NCBI GenBank assembly: GCA_000091205.1
Contig: AP006489.2
Direction: 5' to 3' (one strand)
From: Cyanidioschyzon merolae
Lineage: Eukaryota
DNA: 64,000 nt
The notes beneath the pieces are model-generated. The model saw only the letters and a list, made by a program, of their open reading frames with translations. It was not told the origin of the DNA and did no database searches. Position numbers and translations under genes: made by a program. Positions within the stretch are counted from its first letter, which is position 1; every line of letters begins with the position of its first letter. Shown piece by piece: positions 1-9,855 of the stretch.

Positions 1-2
1 TC

Positions 3-404
3 TCTGCGTTGAAACGCGGGTTTGTCGACGATCCCTTCCTGCAGGCGAGAATCGTCGAAGCTGCCCTGATGTATATGGACCGCTTCATAGATAAGATGGC
101 GCCGGAGAAGGTGGCTGTAATCCATTATAACAGGTACAGAGAGCGTCCTTTAGAGTACCTGGAAACACTGTCGCGCGTCGCAGGGTACTGCAACAAGGAG
201 GACTTGCGCGACTTTATCGTTGAAGCAGAACTAATCATAGATAGATTCAGAAAACAGCGTTTGGAGGGCAACGAGCCCAAGCAGTGCCCAAGAAGCAATC
301 GAAGACGTCCCGAAGACTGCGATGACTTTGAAAAACGAATTCGCGCCTGGTTCGCAGCACGCTCCAAGTATTGGCCACGGTTGGCAGAAGAGCGCCTCTG
401 GTAG
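3..404 (+). CDS. Partial CDS, C-terminal fragment of an unidentified protein; the reading frame is open to the window start.
   Basis: ORF 9..404 continues in frame to position 3 with no upstream stop. It ends convergent with the BET3 gene. No family was recognised. Confidence 0.3.
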   Translation, partial: SALKRGFVDDPFLQARIVEAALMYMDRFIDKMAPEKVAVIHYNRYRERPLEYLETLSRVAGYCNKEDLRDFIVEAELIIDRFRKQRLEGNEPKQCPRSNRRRPEDCDDFEKRIRAWFAARSKYWPRLAEERLW

Positions 405-935
405 AGTCGACGGGTGTACAGCAAGAGCAGCAACAGCACTGGCAACTGCAGCGCTGTTCGCCTGGTATGTACCAGCGTTCACTTTTCCCTAAAGTGGCAT
501 ATCTTGCCCGAAAAGGGCCCGTCTATGAACCAGCAGGAGCGCAACGCATGCCCGCAGCGCTCGACCTGATGACGTCGTGATTAGACTTGCATTCTGCAGT
601 CGCAACAGCAAAAGCAACAGCAAATATCGATCATATGGATATGCTTCGTCAAGAAGCATGTTCCAATATCGTGTCCCGCGACACTGCAATGCACAGCTTC
701 CAGTACTTATCCAGTAGGCTGATCCGAATGAACGAGTCTCGAGATTCCATTCGAAAGCCCGGTGCCTTTTGCTCTCGTCGAGCGATCATTTCTAAAGCGT
801 CAGTGCGCTGCAAGAGATCCAGGAAATCTTTCTGGCATCCACGGACCCATGGAGGTCCCCCAGCTCCAAAGCGCCTCTCGATACCTTGCGCATGAAGGCC
901 GCTGCGATTGCAGCAGATCCTGCCGGTATTCGCGG

Positions 936-1601
936 CTAGGTTTCCTTATCTAAGGGTACTGTTTCTTCCAATTCACGCAGAAGACAAACACGAATTTCGT
1001 TGCATTCATCACCACGCAACATATCACGCGTGAAGCTCGCCCTCACAGAAAACTGCACCATTTCGAGCGCTCCCCGGATCACGCCGCAGAAGATATTGCT
1101 GTACCAAAGCGTGTTCGCTACTGCATCAGGTACCTCCACGAATTCAGCGAGTGGATTTGTGTCGAATAGTATGGAGTATGCTGTGTTGTCCGCGGCGAAG
1201 TTTGCAGGTCTCGCGCTCACTCCGAGGTACATTCGGAAAGCGACCCGTGCAACTATCTCAGCAGTTGCTTGAAAGGAACGACAGGGTGGTGCTGCAGACC
1301 GTGCTAAGAAATCATCGACTAAACGAAGTCCGATATTGTAGCCTATTCTTTCGAGCTCCTCGTTGACATCCTCAGGGGCCTGGTAGTCCAAAAAGAGCTG
1401 GCGCACGAGCGCTCCGTACGTCAGCGCAACCAGTTCAGCGCTAACTAGCTCTCCTCTTTGAAAAGCTTGCTCTCCGATCTTAGCAAGAGCAGCAACGTTG
1501 AACCCCGCAGACGGGAGCGTATCCTGCGTTTTTACACTGGTAGCGCTCGAGCTCCGCCCCGACTGGCTGGTGCTGGCGCGCTCCCCGGAGGGCTCAAACA
1601 T
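936..1601 (-). CDS. BET3: TRAPP complex subunit BET3 (TRAPPC3)
   Basis: The 221-aa ORF matches the Bet3 family along its length. Examples are 'LTYGALVRQL', 'GYNIGLRLVDDFLARS', 'VAFRMYLGV', 'NPLAEFVEVPD' and 'NIFCGVIRGALEMVQ', compared with the remembered human TRAPPC3 sequence. Confidence 0.85.
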   Translation of the reverse strand: MFEPSGERASTSQSGRSSSATSVKTQDTLPSAGFNVAALAKIGEQAFQRGELVSAELVALTYGALVRQLFLDYQAPEDVNEELERIGYNIGLRLVDDFLARSAAPPCRSFQATAEIVARVAFRMYLGVSARPANFAADNTAYSILFDTNPLAEFVEVPDAVANTLWYSNIFCGVIRGALEMVQFSVRASFTRDMLRGDECNEIRVCLLRELEETVPLDKET

Positions 1602-3284
1602 GCCTTTGTTGAGCTGGAAGCCTCACCAGGAATAGGGCCTCTTGCCCAGGCCGTGCGCGAAAACCTTTGCAGGGCGCAACTCGGTCTGAATATGCCAAGA
1701 CTACGCTTCGGTCGCTGCGGTCGTTGAAACTGCGCAACGTTAAAGCTCCAGACGATTGTAGTCGCGGACATGCGGAGTGTTCCTGGGACATTTTTTCGAG
1801 TACGCATGCATCGGCGAAACACCCAGAAACTCTTATGGATGACCGCGGATACGTGTTGCTGCAGGAATGCTAATCGGGACAAGCGCTTGTTAGCCTATTG
1901 CCGATGCGATGACATCGGTCAGGAGGTCAGGTGCGAGGGACTGGGTGCTTCAAGCACCCGGCATACCGCTTCGGGAAGGTTGGCGAATATTTCCATGCGC
2001 TATTGTTAGTCAATGTTTGTAGCCACGGGGGATATGCTTTTCGTTCTTGTTTCGGGATGAAACACGAACGATTACGAGCGCAGGAGCTTCTAGGCTGGTC
2101 AAGGAAGCATGCAGTGCAAGAACGTTTCGATCGAACTTGTCCTTGGTGTGAATAAGTCGCACGGACGGAGACCCAGAGGGCAGCATGTTCCAGGGTTCCC
2201 GTTTCGGTATGCTCCGACGCCGCAGCTCCTTGTCCAAGTTCAGTGTGAACGGGTTATATATATATGTCTATATCAACATGCGTCACGCCTCTGCCTCGCA
2301 ATACGACGTCACAGAACGCCTGCCGGCGCGTACCCTGGTACTCGATAGACCGTACTCGAAAGAGCGTCACTGACGCGGCCCTATAATACAAAGCAATCAT
2401 ATCACGAATATTCGTATCGTCGTCATATTTTTTCGATCGGACACATCACCCAGAATAGCATACGCATGTCCACGGCCTCGCGGGCCGGGCCGAGCGCCCA
2501 CCGAGCCAGCTCGTAACCGTGGAACAAAGCTCTGGTGCAGCAGTCAGGGTGTAGTCCCATGTTTCCAGTGCTCGCTTGAATGTCCAGACCTGGATATTAA
2601 GGTCGTGCCCGGGCTCATCGCCGTCCTGGGATGTGAGATGGGCTCACCAGTCAGAAACAGGTGCAGGACTAACCAATGAGCGCACGTTCGAGTTCAGCTT
2701 CGGATGGAAACGAATGACAGGCGGGAGACGGCTGGCATATTATGCCCAGCTGCTTGAACATCACGCTACCCACATAGACAGCATCTTTTAGTGTCATGAA
2801 CACAAGCAAATACGCTTCTCCACGCAGCGCGGTCACGATGGGATGCGCAGCCTGTGTCCTTCGGGATCCTGCAACGTACGTACAGCGTATCCAGAAGGGG
2901 CGAATTTCGCGCTGTGAAGACGCAGTGCCGCGGGAGGGGCGTCGCAAGCCCCGGAATCGAATATACCAATTGCCATAATGATCACTAGAACCTGAAAAAC
3001 GCAGGTTGCAGCAACTTCACAGACGACAAGTACGGCATGGCGAGTCTGTTACGCAGAAAGTTTACCGGGTGCCAAAAACGTTCTGATGTGGGCATCAAGC
3101 GCTGGTCCGCAGCGTTCTCCCTGAAGCCGTTGTGGGTTGCAAGACACCCCATGCGCTAATTGGTTCGATTCGAGCTCCCAACTGTCCCTAATTTAGAAAT
3201 CTCACTTCATGAGCACGAGCGCTCGACTTGAGTTCAGGTGCGGCGCTAGCAATCCAGGGAATTTCCTCCAATGTGCGGACCCTA

Positions 3285-4709
3285 TTAGGGTTTGTAATAG
3301 TTCGTCTTAACGAATGGCATTTTGACTACTTCACCTGGCACAAGTTTTCCCCGAATTTTCACTGAAATACGCGTACCGACAGCGTCCATAGGCTTCGAGA
3401 TGTAACCCATACCAATAGCGCAGTTCCGTGTGGGGGAGAATCCTCCCGAAGTCACAGTACCGATCACGGCGTTATCGGCAGCTTTCGGTGAATTTTCGTG
3501 AATCGTTTCGTGTCCACGAGCTGGTGGTCCCCCGTGAAGGACAAAGCCTACTCTTTTCTTCTGCACGATACTTGGATTGGCAATCTCCTTGAGTATCACG
3601 TCTGCACCGAGGAACGAGGGCCGGCCATCACCGGAGTCTGGGTTGCGGCGAGACTTGGCAATCGTCCACGTTAAACCAGCGCTCACGGGCGTCGTGTTCT
3701 CATCAATATCGTTACCGTAGAGACAAAGGCCAGCTTCCATGCGCAGCGAGTCCCGTGCACCGAGACCACACGGAAGCACCGCTTCATTGGACACGAGCAT
3801 TTCGAAGAGCTTCGGCGCATCCTGATTGTGCACACTGATCTCAAAGCCGTCCTCTCCTGTATACCCGCAACGAGATACGAGCAAGTAATCAGAGAAAGCA
3901 GGTGCCTTGACCATCCGAGCATTCATGAACGCCATCTGCTCTAGGTTCAGTGTGCTTCGGTCGACAATATGCTGCAGTACCTGCATCGCTTTCGGGCCTT
4001 GAAGTGCCAGCAGCGAGCGATCCGCTAAAAACTCCAAGCGAACATCCATGCCGTCGACCTCGCGGGCGCGTCTCTCATGTGCTCGCAGGTGCGCCATGTC
4101 CTTATCGACACAGGCGCCATTGATCACCATATTCAGGGCTTCCGCCCCAGTATTGTCCTTTCCTAGGTTCGTAATGATCGTATCGTCAATGATACCTCCG
4201 TGCTCGTTCGTGAGTAGCGACAAAACCGCTGTACCCGCCGGGAGTGCCTGTAGATCCGCGACGATGAGTCTCTCGAGGAAGCGGACGCGGTCGGTGCCGT
4301 ACACGCGCACCTGCCCCATGTGCGAGACATCAAACACACCAGCCGACTGACGAACCTGCAAGTGCTCGTTTTTTATCCCGCCTTTCTCGCCAGAGTACAT
4401 CACTGGGAGCGCATAGCCTGCAAAGGGAACCATTTTGCCCCCGTACTTCAGGTGCGTCTCATACAGCGCGGTATGTTTGAGTTTCTCCTCAGGGCTCGGC
4501 TGCGTGGCGGACGTTGTGCTTGCCTGGCGGTAGCGCAAATGACCGTTTGCAATCCAATTCAACGGTGACAGACGCTTGTGCGTTTCGCCCCGCAACAGCG
4601 CTACCGGAGCACTTAGGCGGTGCCCAGGGTGCTTCCCCGCTACAAAACGCACTTCCGACGCACATACTGCGCTCAATTCAAGCCACCTGTTCAGAATCCG
4701 AGCTGCCAT
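3285..4709 (-). CDS. AMT: Aminomethyltransferase, the glycine cleavage system T protein, with a mitochondrial-type presequence.
   Basis: The 474-aa ORF carries GcvT hallmarks: 'TALYETHLKYGGKMVPFAGYALPVMY', 'GVFDVSHMGQ' and a conserved C-terminal barrel. The N-terminal ~80 aa are rich in R, S and A. Confidence 0.9.
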   Translation of the reverse strand: MAARILNRWLELSAVCASEVRFVAGKHPGHRLSAPVALLRGETHKRLSPLNWIANGHLRYRQASTTSATQPSPEEKLKHTALYETHLKYGGKMVPFAGYALPVMYSGEKGGIKNEHLQVRQSAGVFDVSHMGQVRVYGTDRVRFLERLIVADLQALPAGTAVLSLLTNEHGGIIDDTIITNLGKDNTGAEALNMVINGACVDKDMAHLRAHERRAREVDGMDVRLEFLADRSLLALQGPKAMQVLQHIVDRSTLNLEQMAFMNARMVKAPAFSDYLLVSRCGYTGEDGFEISVHNQDAPKLFEMLVSNEAVLPCGLGARDSLRMEAGLCLYGNDIDENTTPVSAGLTWTIAKSRRNPDSGDGRPSFLGADVILKEIANPSIVQKKRVGFVLHGGPPARGHETIHENSPKAADNAVIGTVTSGGFSPTRNCAIGMGYISKPMDAVGTRISVKIRGKLVPGEVVKMPFVKTNYYKP

Positions 4710-5247
4710 AGCGTATCAGATGACGAGAGGCTCCCCTAAGAAACCGAGCTCCCAGATAAAGCCCTTCTTTCCCAAGGTCCAGGGATGAGCAACGTTTCGT
4801 TGCACTAGAAACTTGCTGCAATGCGATGCAGCAGCAGCAGCGCCGTCTATGATCATTCTTAAGCCGCATCGCCGCTACCGTCTGGGGACGTGTTCGCACA
4901 ATCCCAGTGCAGAAGCCTGCCACGACGCACAGCAGAGTCTTTGGAGATAGCCAGATTCCTTCGGAAGGGCGCAGTGAACAGTTTTAGCTGGGCCTCCGTG
5001 TGTGGTCGGTGATACGCTGGTGACGCTACTCTAGCGTTTGCAGCGATACTAGTAGTGTCGGTGTTCGTGCCCGCGCCCCGTGCTGGAAACGGTGCAGGTC
5101 AACGGCCTCGAACGCGGTAGCGCGCAAAGGCTGGTGCTATTGCGCGAACGCATTCGAGGCAGACCCGTTGCTGTCTAAAACAGATCCTCAGGACGTCTCG
5201 TGCGCTTGGTAAATTCTGTGCTGCACGCATAGCGATGGCGTGGAGTC

Positions 5248-7305
5248 ATGGCCAGTGGCAGTGGAAGCGATGAGCGCGTGCCACTCTTGGGCGAACGTGG
5301 ACGGCCGACAGGCGCTGTGGCGGCTACAGCTGCCGAAACCGCTCATAGTCGTGATCCGGTTGGACGAGCTCAGAGCGATCGTGAGCGTGTTTGCCTTGCA
5401 AGTCGGGGTCGACGCGCTCACAGGCTCGACGAGTTGTGTTTCTGGCTGATATATGCCGTACTCCTGGTGGCTTCCATAGTCTGGGCGCTGATCAGCGCCA
5501 AGATGCGTGGACACCAACGACTGCAGGGAGAGCCTGTCGTGCCCGAGCCTGCGGTGGCGAATACTGAATCAGCATCGTTTTGCCAGGTCGGCAGTACTGG
5601 ATGGAATAAGCACCGCACACGTCTCGGTTGGTCATGTACCAGTGAGCTCCGGTCTCGCGTAACGCTTGGGCGCGCTGTCAGCCAGTCTGCGCCCCTATCC
5701 ATCCTTGAGAAGGTGAAATCAACCTGTCCAAACTGGCGACGGTTGCTCCAGTATCCGGCGCTATGTCGCCGCCAGGAGCGCTCTGTCTCAGGATGCGGCT
5801 CCTTCCTCTGGATAAGCGATTTGCATGTGGATTACTGGTTCGATCCTCGCGTGCCTCCGACGTTGTGTGGTGAACGCAAAGTCTGTCGCCCGGCGGAGCT
5901 CGTCTACAATGTGTCATCCCAGGTGCGCGATGCGAGCATTCCCAATAACCCTGCCGTGCCTGTGCGGGATGTAGCCACGACATATACCTACGGACGGCCC
6001 GGATGTGATCCTCCGCTGCCTCTCTTGGAGTCTTTGACGGAAGCGATGAAAAAGGTCGATAGTGATCCTGACTTTATTCTCATCACAGGTGATCTGGCTC
6101 CGCATGACCTGCCTTCTCGCGCATATGTGCTCAGGAGCCTCAATGCATCTGCGCAGCACCTTTCTGCAACTGTTTGCGGCGCGCTGGGCAACAGCGGTGA
6201 GTCTCAGCGACGGTCGCCAAGATGCATCGTAGTTGTCGGCAACGTCGATCTGTTTCCGACGTTGCACATACCTATAGAGGCGAAACCTGTGAGCTCCGCA
6301 GAACGCTATGATGCAGAGAACAATAATCAACCGGTGCGCTTTCGGGACCTGTACGAACTCTACGTTACCGCAGGCATTCTGGATCCAGAGAATGAGGCGC
6401 TGCGCAGATCGTTCACTGTGGGCGGATATTACAGAGCGTATGATGATGGCAAGCTGCGAGTTCTGGTATACAACTCTCTCCATTACATCGCTGGGAGGCT
6501 CTTCAGTTCAGCGAGTGCACTGAACAGAACGAATGCATCGCCCGCTTTGCCCTTCTACGCCCTGCCTTGTGAACAATGGAAGCAGGTGCTTCCAGATGCG
6601 GATGATCCTGCGGGCCAGTTTGCCTGGCTCGAGGAGGAATTGCAGGATGCTGAACAGAACGGACGATCCGTTTTCCTTGCTTCTCACATCGGACCGGGCA
6701 GTAAAACTGGTTCCCGGGCCTGGTGTGCACCCTATGTTACCCGCTTTGCGGACTTGTTGACCAAGTATGCAGACACAGTGACCATGCAGTTTTACGGTGA
6801 TTTATCTCGTGAAGAATTGCGCTTGATTGAGCCTTATGGTTCGCCGAATGGAACCAGCGAAATGCGAGGACTAGCTCTTCTCATCAATCCCGGACTTACA
6901 CCGAGACGGATGCCTGGTGGTGCGCCGACATTTCGCCACTGCTTCTTCGACCGCGGCATACACCGAGCGAAGCAGGTAGCTCAGCGAAGACGCGGTGACC
7001 ATGTGTTCGCACCGGTGACCTTGCTTGACTATCACGCGTATGCGTTTCCGCTTCAGCACACCGTGATAGAGCGAATGACTCGGGGCGCGAGCGCGCCTCA
7101 TCCCGAATGGCGCTGGCGGTACAGCTTTGCGGAACAGTTTTGTGTTCCGCACCTGTCGGCGTCGACGCTGCGTCAGGTCATTCAGAACATTGCATCGGAG
7201 CCCGAGTTCATGGAGGCCTACACCTTGCGCACGGAGGATGGCCTCGAGAGCGATCTCGACTTGAGCGCAGCAGTCGGAAGCCTTCGAGTCCAACCTGCTG
7301 CCTAA
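5248..7305 (+). CDS. Acid-sphingomyelinase-like phosphodiesterase, a calcineurin-like metallophosphoesterase, built as a type II membrane protein.
   Basis: The 685-aa ORF has an N-terminal TM anchor ('FWLIYAVLLVASIVWALI'). Metallophosphoesterase motifs are present: 'SDLHVDYW', 'ITGDLAPHD' and 'VVVGNVD'. The length and C-terminal region are ASM-like. Confidence 0.7.
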   Translation: MASGSGSDERVPLLGERGRPTGAVAATAAETAHSRDPVGRAQSDRERVCLASRGRRAHRLDELCFWLIYAVLLVASIVWALISAKMRGHQRLQGEPVVPEPAVANTESASFCQVGSTGWNKHRTRLGWSCTSELRSRVTLGRAVSQSAPLSILEKVKSTCPNWRRLLQYPALCRRQERSVSGCGSFLWISDLHVDYWFDPRVPPTLCGERKVCRPAELVYNVSSQVRDASIPNNPAVPVRDVATTYTYGRPGCDPPLPLLESLTEAMKKVDSDPDFILITGDLAPHDLPSRAYVLRSLNASAQHLSATVCGALGNSGESQRRSPRCIVVVGNVDLFPTLHIPIEAKPVSSAERYDAENNNQPVRFRDLYELYVTAGILDPENEALRRSFTVGGYYRAYDDGKLRVLVYNSLHYIAGRLFSSASALNRTNASPALPFYALPCEQWKQVLPDADDPAGQFAWLEEELQDAEQNGRSVFLASHIGPGSKTGSRAWCAPYVTRFADLLTKYADTVTMQFYGDLSREELRLIEPYGSPNGTSEMRGLALLINPGLTPRRMPGGAPTFRHCFFDRGIHRAKQVAQRRRGDHVFAPVTLLDYHAYAFPLQHTVIERMTRGASAPHPEWRWRYSFAEQFCVPHLSASTLRQVIQNIASEPEFMEAYTLRTEDGLESDLDLSAAVGSLRVQPAA

Positions 7306-8120
7306 GCGCAGCACTGGTATTCTCGCAGCATTCAACTAAGAGTTGCTGATGGTGTTGAAGGGCGGGTCTTTTTAGATGCCTTTACTGAGAGCAAGGCACC
7401 TTTTTCTCCAGATGCGCGGGTGCCAAGGGCCAGATGCCTGCCAGTTGAGCGGACCAGACTCGCTGCCACTTACCATAATCGAGCATTGAGGGGGGGTCGA
7501 GATGTCCGGACCGCCTTCACGGACGTATGGCTCGCTGCACCAGTGTCTACGCCTTGCTTTGGGAAGGTGCAATCCGTTCGCGGAGCGCTGCGCCACAGCG
7601 CTGGAAGTTGTGAAACACAACCAGGCTATATTGCTGGACGCCTTTGGCCATTTTTGGCTGCGTTGCCCTTTCTAAACTCATATCCGTCTTTGGAAAGAAC
7701 GTTCACATACCGCAACGGCCTCGACAAGGTCTTTCCGCACAATGCGATACATTGGAATGCATGCCGCCTCTTTCCTGTAGAGTGCACAAGTCCCAGAGAC
7801 TGTATATGAACGGAGGGAGTACCTACCAGGGAGCCATGTTCGCAGCGACGTCTCCTACGCGTACCATCTAGCGACAGCGCCTCAACAACGCACGTACCAT
7901 TCAGGTGTTGTCCCAACGCGGACGCCGATGACAGTGACTCGGTAATACTAGCATCGCCAGCGCTGCCACAACCAGCTCCACCACCAACACCACATGCATC
8001 GCAATGCCACGAACGCTGTGTAGATAAGGTGGCGCTCTATGCTAGTCGCAGCCGATGCTGCTTCTAGTTTCCGTGAGCGCAAGGCGCGCCCCCGTATACA
8101 CCGCTGCCGCTGGAACTGCA

Positions 8121-8330
8121 CAAAAATTGCCGTCGATGCATCGACATGTACCTTATTGATCGACATAAATAGAATTATGTGGAAATCATGGTCCATGCGC
8201 GCGCTGACTCGCCCCTAATCACTGCAAATTCCATGCTCGTCGATGCATCGACATGCAATCTTATCCGATTTATATACATAAATATACCTATATGTAAATC
8301 ATGGTCAACGCGCGTGCCGACATCAGGCAA
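8121..8330. repeat. AT-rich tandemly duplicated ~107-bp element, each copy containing the perfect 14-bp palindrome GTCGATGCATCGAC. It lies in the 5' flank of the 8336 gene.
   Basis: Direct reading: copy 1 spans about 8121-8215 and copy 2 about 8225-8330. The palindromes sit at 8132-8145 and 8239-8252. Local composition is AT-rich against a GC-rich background. Confidence 0.5.
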
Positions 8331-8335
8331 CGTCT

Positions 8336-9436
8336 TTGACGCTGCTCGAAACGCTCAGCATGAAGGCATATGATCTGTGGCCGTTCGAGACGACAGAGCT
8401 GTTTGCCCCGCTCGGTTCGTTGTGGACCTGCCTTATCATGGACTCTGGAGCGCACCGGTCGTTCTGGCGAGAGCGTGTTTGCAAGACGGCACCCATACCG
8501 CGGTGGCTCGCGCACGGCATCGATGCGTTGCTCATAGCGTTGGTAGTGATCGCTTTCGGGGCGATGCTCTCGGAAACAGCGCGCTCGGTGGCAGACCCAG
8601 CCTCAAGAGCCGTGCTCGCGCACACGGTGCGGCCAGCTATGGAGCATACGCTTTCTTCAGAGAGCATCTCGGGACGCTTGGAATCGTTCCGAAGCCTGTT
8701 CGCCGGAGTCTCTAATCGGTGCTGTCGCGCGGCGCTCGCACCAGGTCTGGCGAACGGTGTGTTGGGGCGCGTCCTGCCCAGGCAAAATGAGGGCGCGGTT
8801 GCTTTTCCTGGTAAGCAAACTGACGGATCGCGGCTCTCGAGTGCGGCGTCCGTTGTAACATGGCCACAAACGAGTTTTGTGCGGGCACTTTTAGAAAGCG
8901 TGGCTCGCCCTAACGAAGGTGCGGGATCTGCCGGGGACGATCGCCTTATAATAGCGTTTGTTCTATTCACCGTTTTCGTCTTACTGGCCCTGTACATTCT
9001 TGGCGTCTGTGGATCCCTCAGAAAATGCGGGTATGCCGCTTGGTTTGGTCTGATGCCATTTACGGGTCAGGTCGCTCTATGTGAAGCGGGCGGCAACGTG
9101 TGGCTCTGGGTCCTTCCCAGACTCTTCACCAATCCGCCGTTTTCAACAACAGCGAATGCAATCATATGCTATGGATTTGCAGTGTCTTTCTTGGGCAAGC
9201 GCGAACAAGATGAAGCAGGAGGTTTGGGCGCGCGGCCTGCGACGACATCGATTTGGGATGATTTTACGTGGAAAGCCTTCTGGCTCACAGTCGGTCTAGT
9301 GTTCTTTCCGTTCGTCTCTTTCCCTTTGGTTGCTTTGAGTGATTCACTCCAGTACGATGCATGCTATCGAGCACGCCTGGCGGAGAGGGTCAGGGCCGCG
9401 GCGCCCTCGGCGGGCGAATACATTGCCCTACCCTAG
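8336..9436 (+). CDS. Hypothetical multi-pass membrane protein
   Basis: The 366-aa ORF has several hydrophobic helices, for example 'LLIALVVIAFGAML', 'LIIAFVLFTVFVLLALYILGV' and 'FWLTVGLVFFPFVSFPLVAL'. The overlapping antisense ORF 8323..8997 has S/R/A-rich junk composition. No family was recognised. Confidence 0.35.
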   Translation: MTLLETLSMKAYDLWPFETTELFAPLGSLWTCLIMDSGAHRSFWRERVCKTAPIPRWLAHGIDALLIALVVIAFGAMLSETARSVADPASRAVLAHTVRPAMEHTLSSESISGRLESFRSLFAGVSNRCCRAALAPGLANGVLGRVLPRQNEGAVAFPGKQTDGSRLSSAASVVTWPQTSFVRALLESVARPNEGAGSAGDDRLIIAFVLFTVFVLLALYILGVCGSLRKCGYAAWFGLMPFTGQVALCEAGGNVWLWVLPRLFTNPPFSTTANAIICYGFAVSFLGKREQDEAGGLGARPATTSIWDDFTWKAFWLTVGLVFFPFVSFPLVALSDSLQYDACYRARLAERVRAAAPSAGEYIALP

Positions 9437-9855
9437 GCGGGTGCGCAGTCGTTACCGGCGTTCTGTTTCGGGCTCTCAAGCTGATGCCCACAATGCCATT
9501 CTGAAAAGATGCAGTCTGTGTAGGTCCACGACAGAGGCGAAGAGGCAAGCAGTTTCACTGCTAGCGTCTGAGGTAGACTCAATGGCCCAGGGTTCTCTGT
9601 GTCTTGAACTGGTTGCCGGTCTGGCGCTGGCTCTATGCATCGAGGCTACTCCGGCTCAAGAGACAGGATTGCCAGACGCAGGATCAGTGGCTGCCCACTC
9701 CAAGACGCCCCAGCTGGGGCTCCGCTCGAAGCGACGCATGCGCCTCTTTCGGGTACCAGCTGCACGACCATGGCGACGAAACGATCTTCGGCTAAGTACG
9801 ATGACGATTGTGACTCGCCGTGAATGTTTCGCTTAGCAACGAATCTATTCGGAAT

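Noticed and set aside
8323-8997. Long antisense or overlapping ORFs, e.g. 8323..8997(-), 18997..19758(-), 5914..6483(-), 37128..37706(-), 16254..16934(-), 19673..20098(-).
   Set aside because: They have S/R/A/P-rich low-complexity translations typical of out-of-frame or antisense reading of GC-rich coding DNA. Each overlaps a well-supported gene on the other strand or frame.
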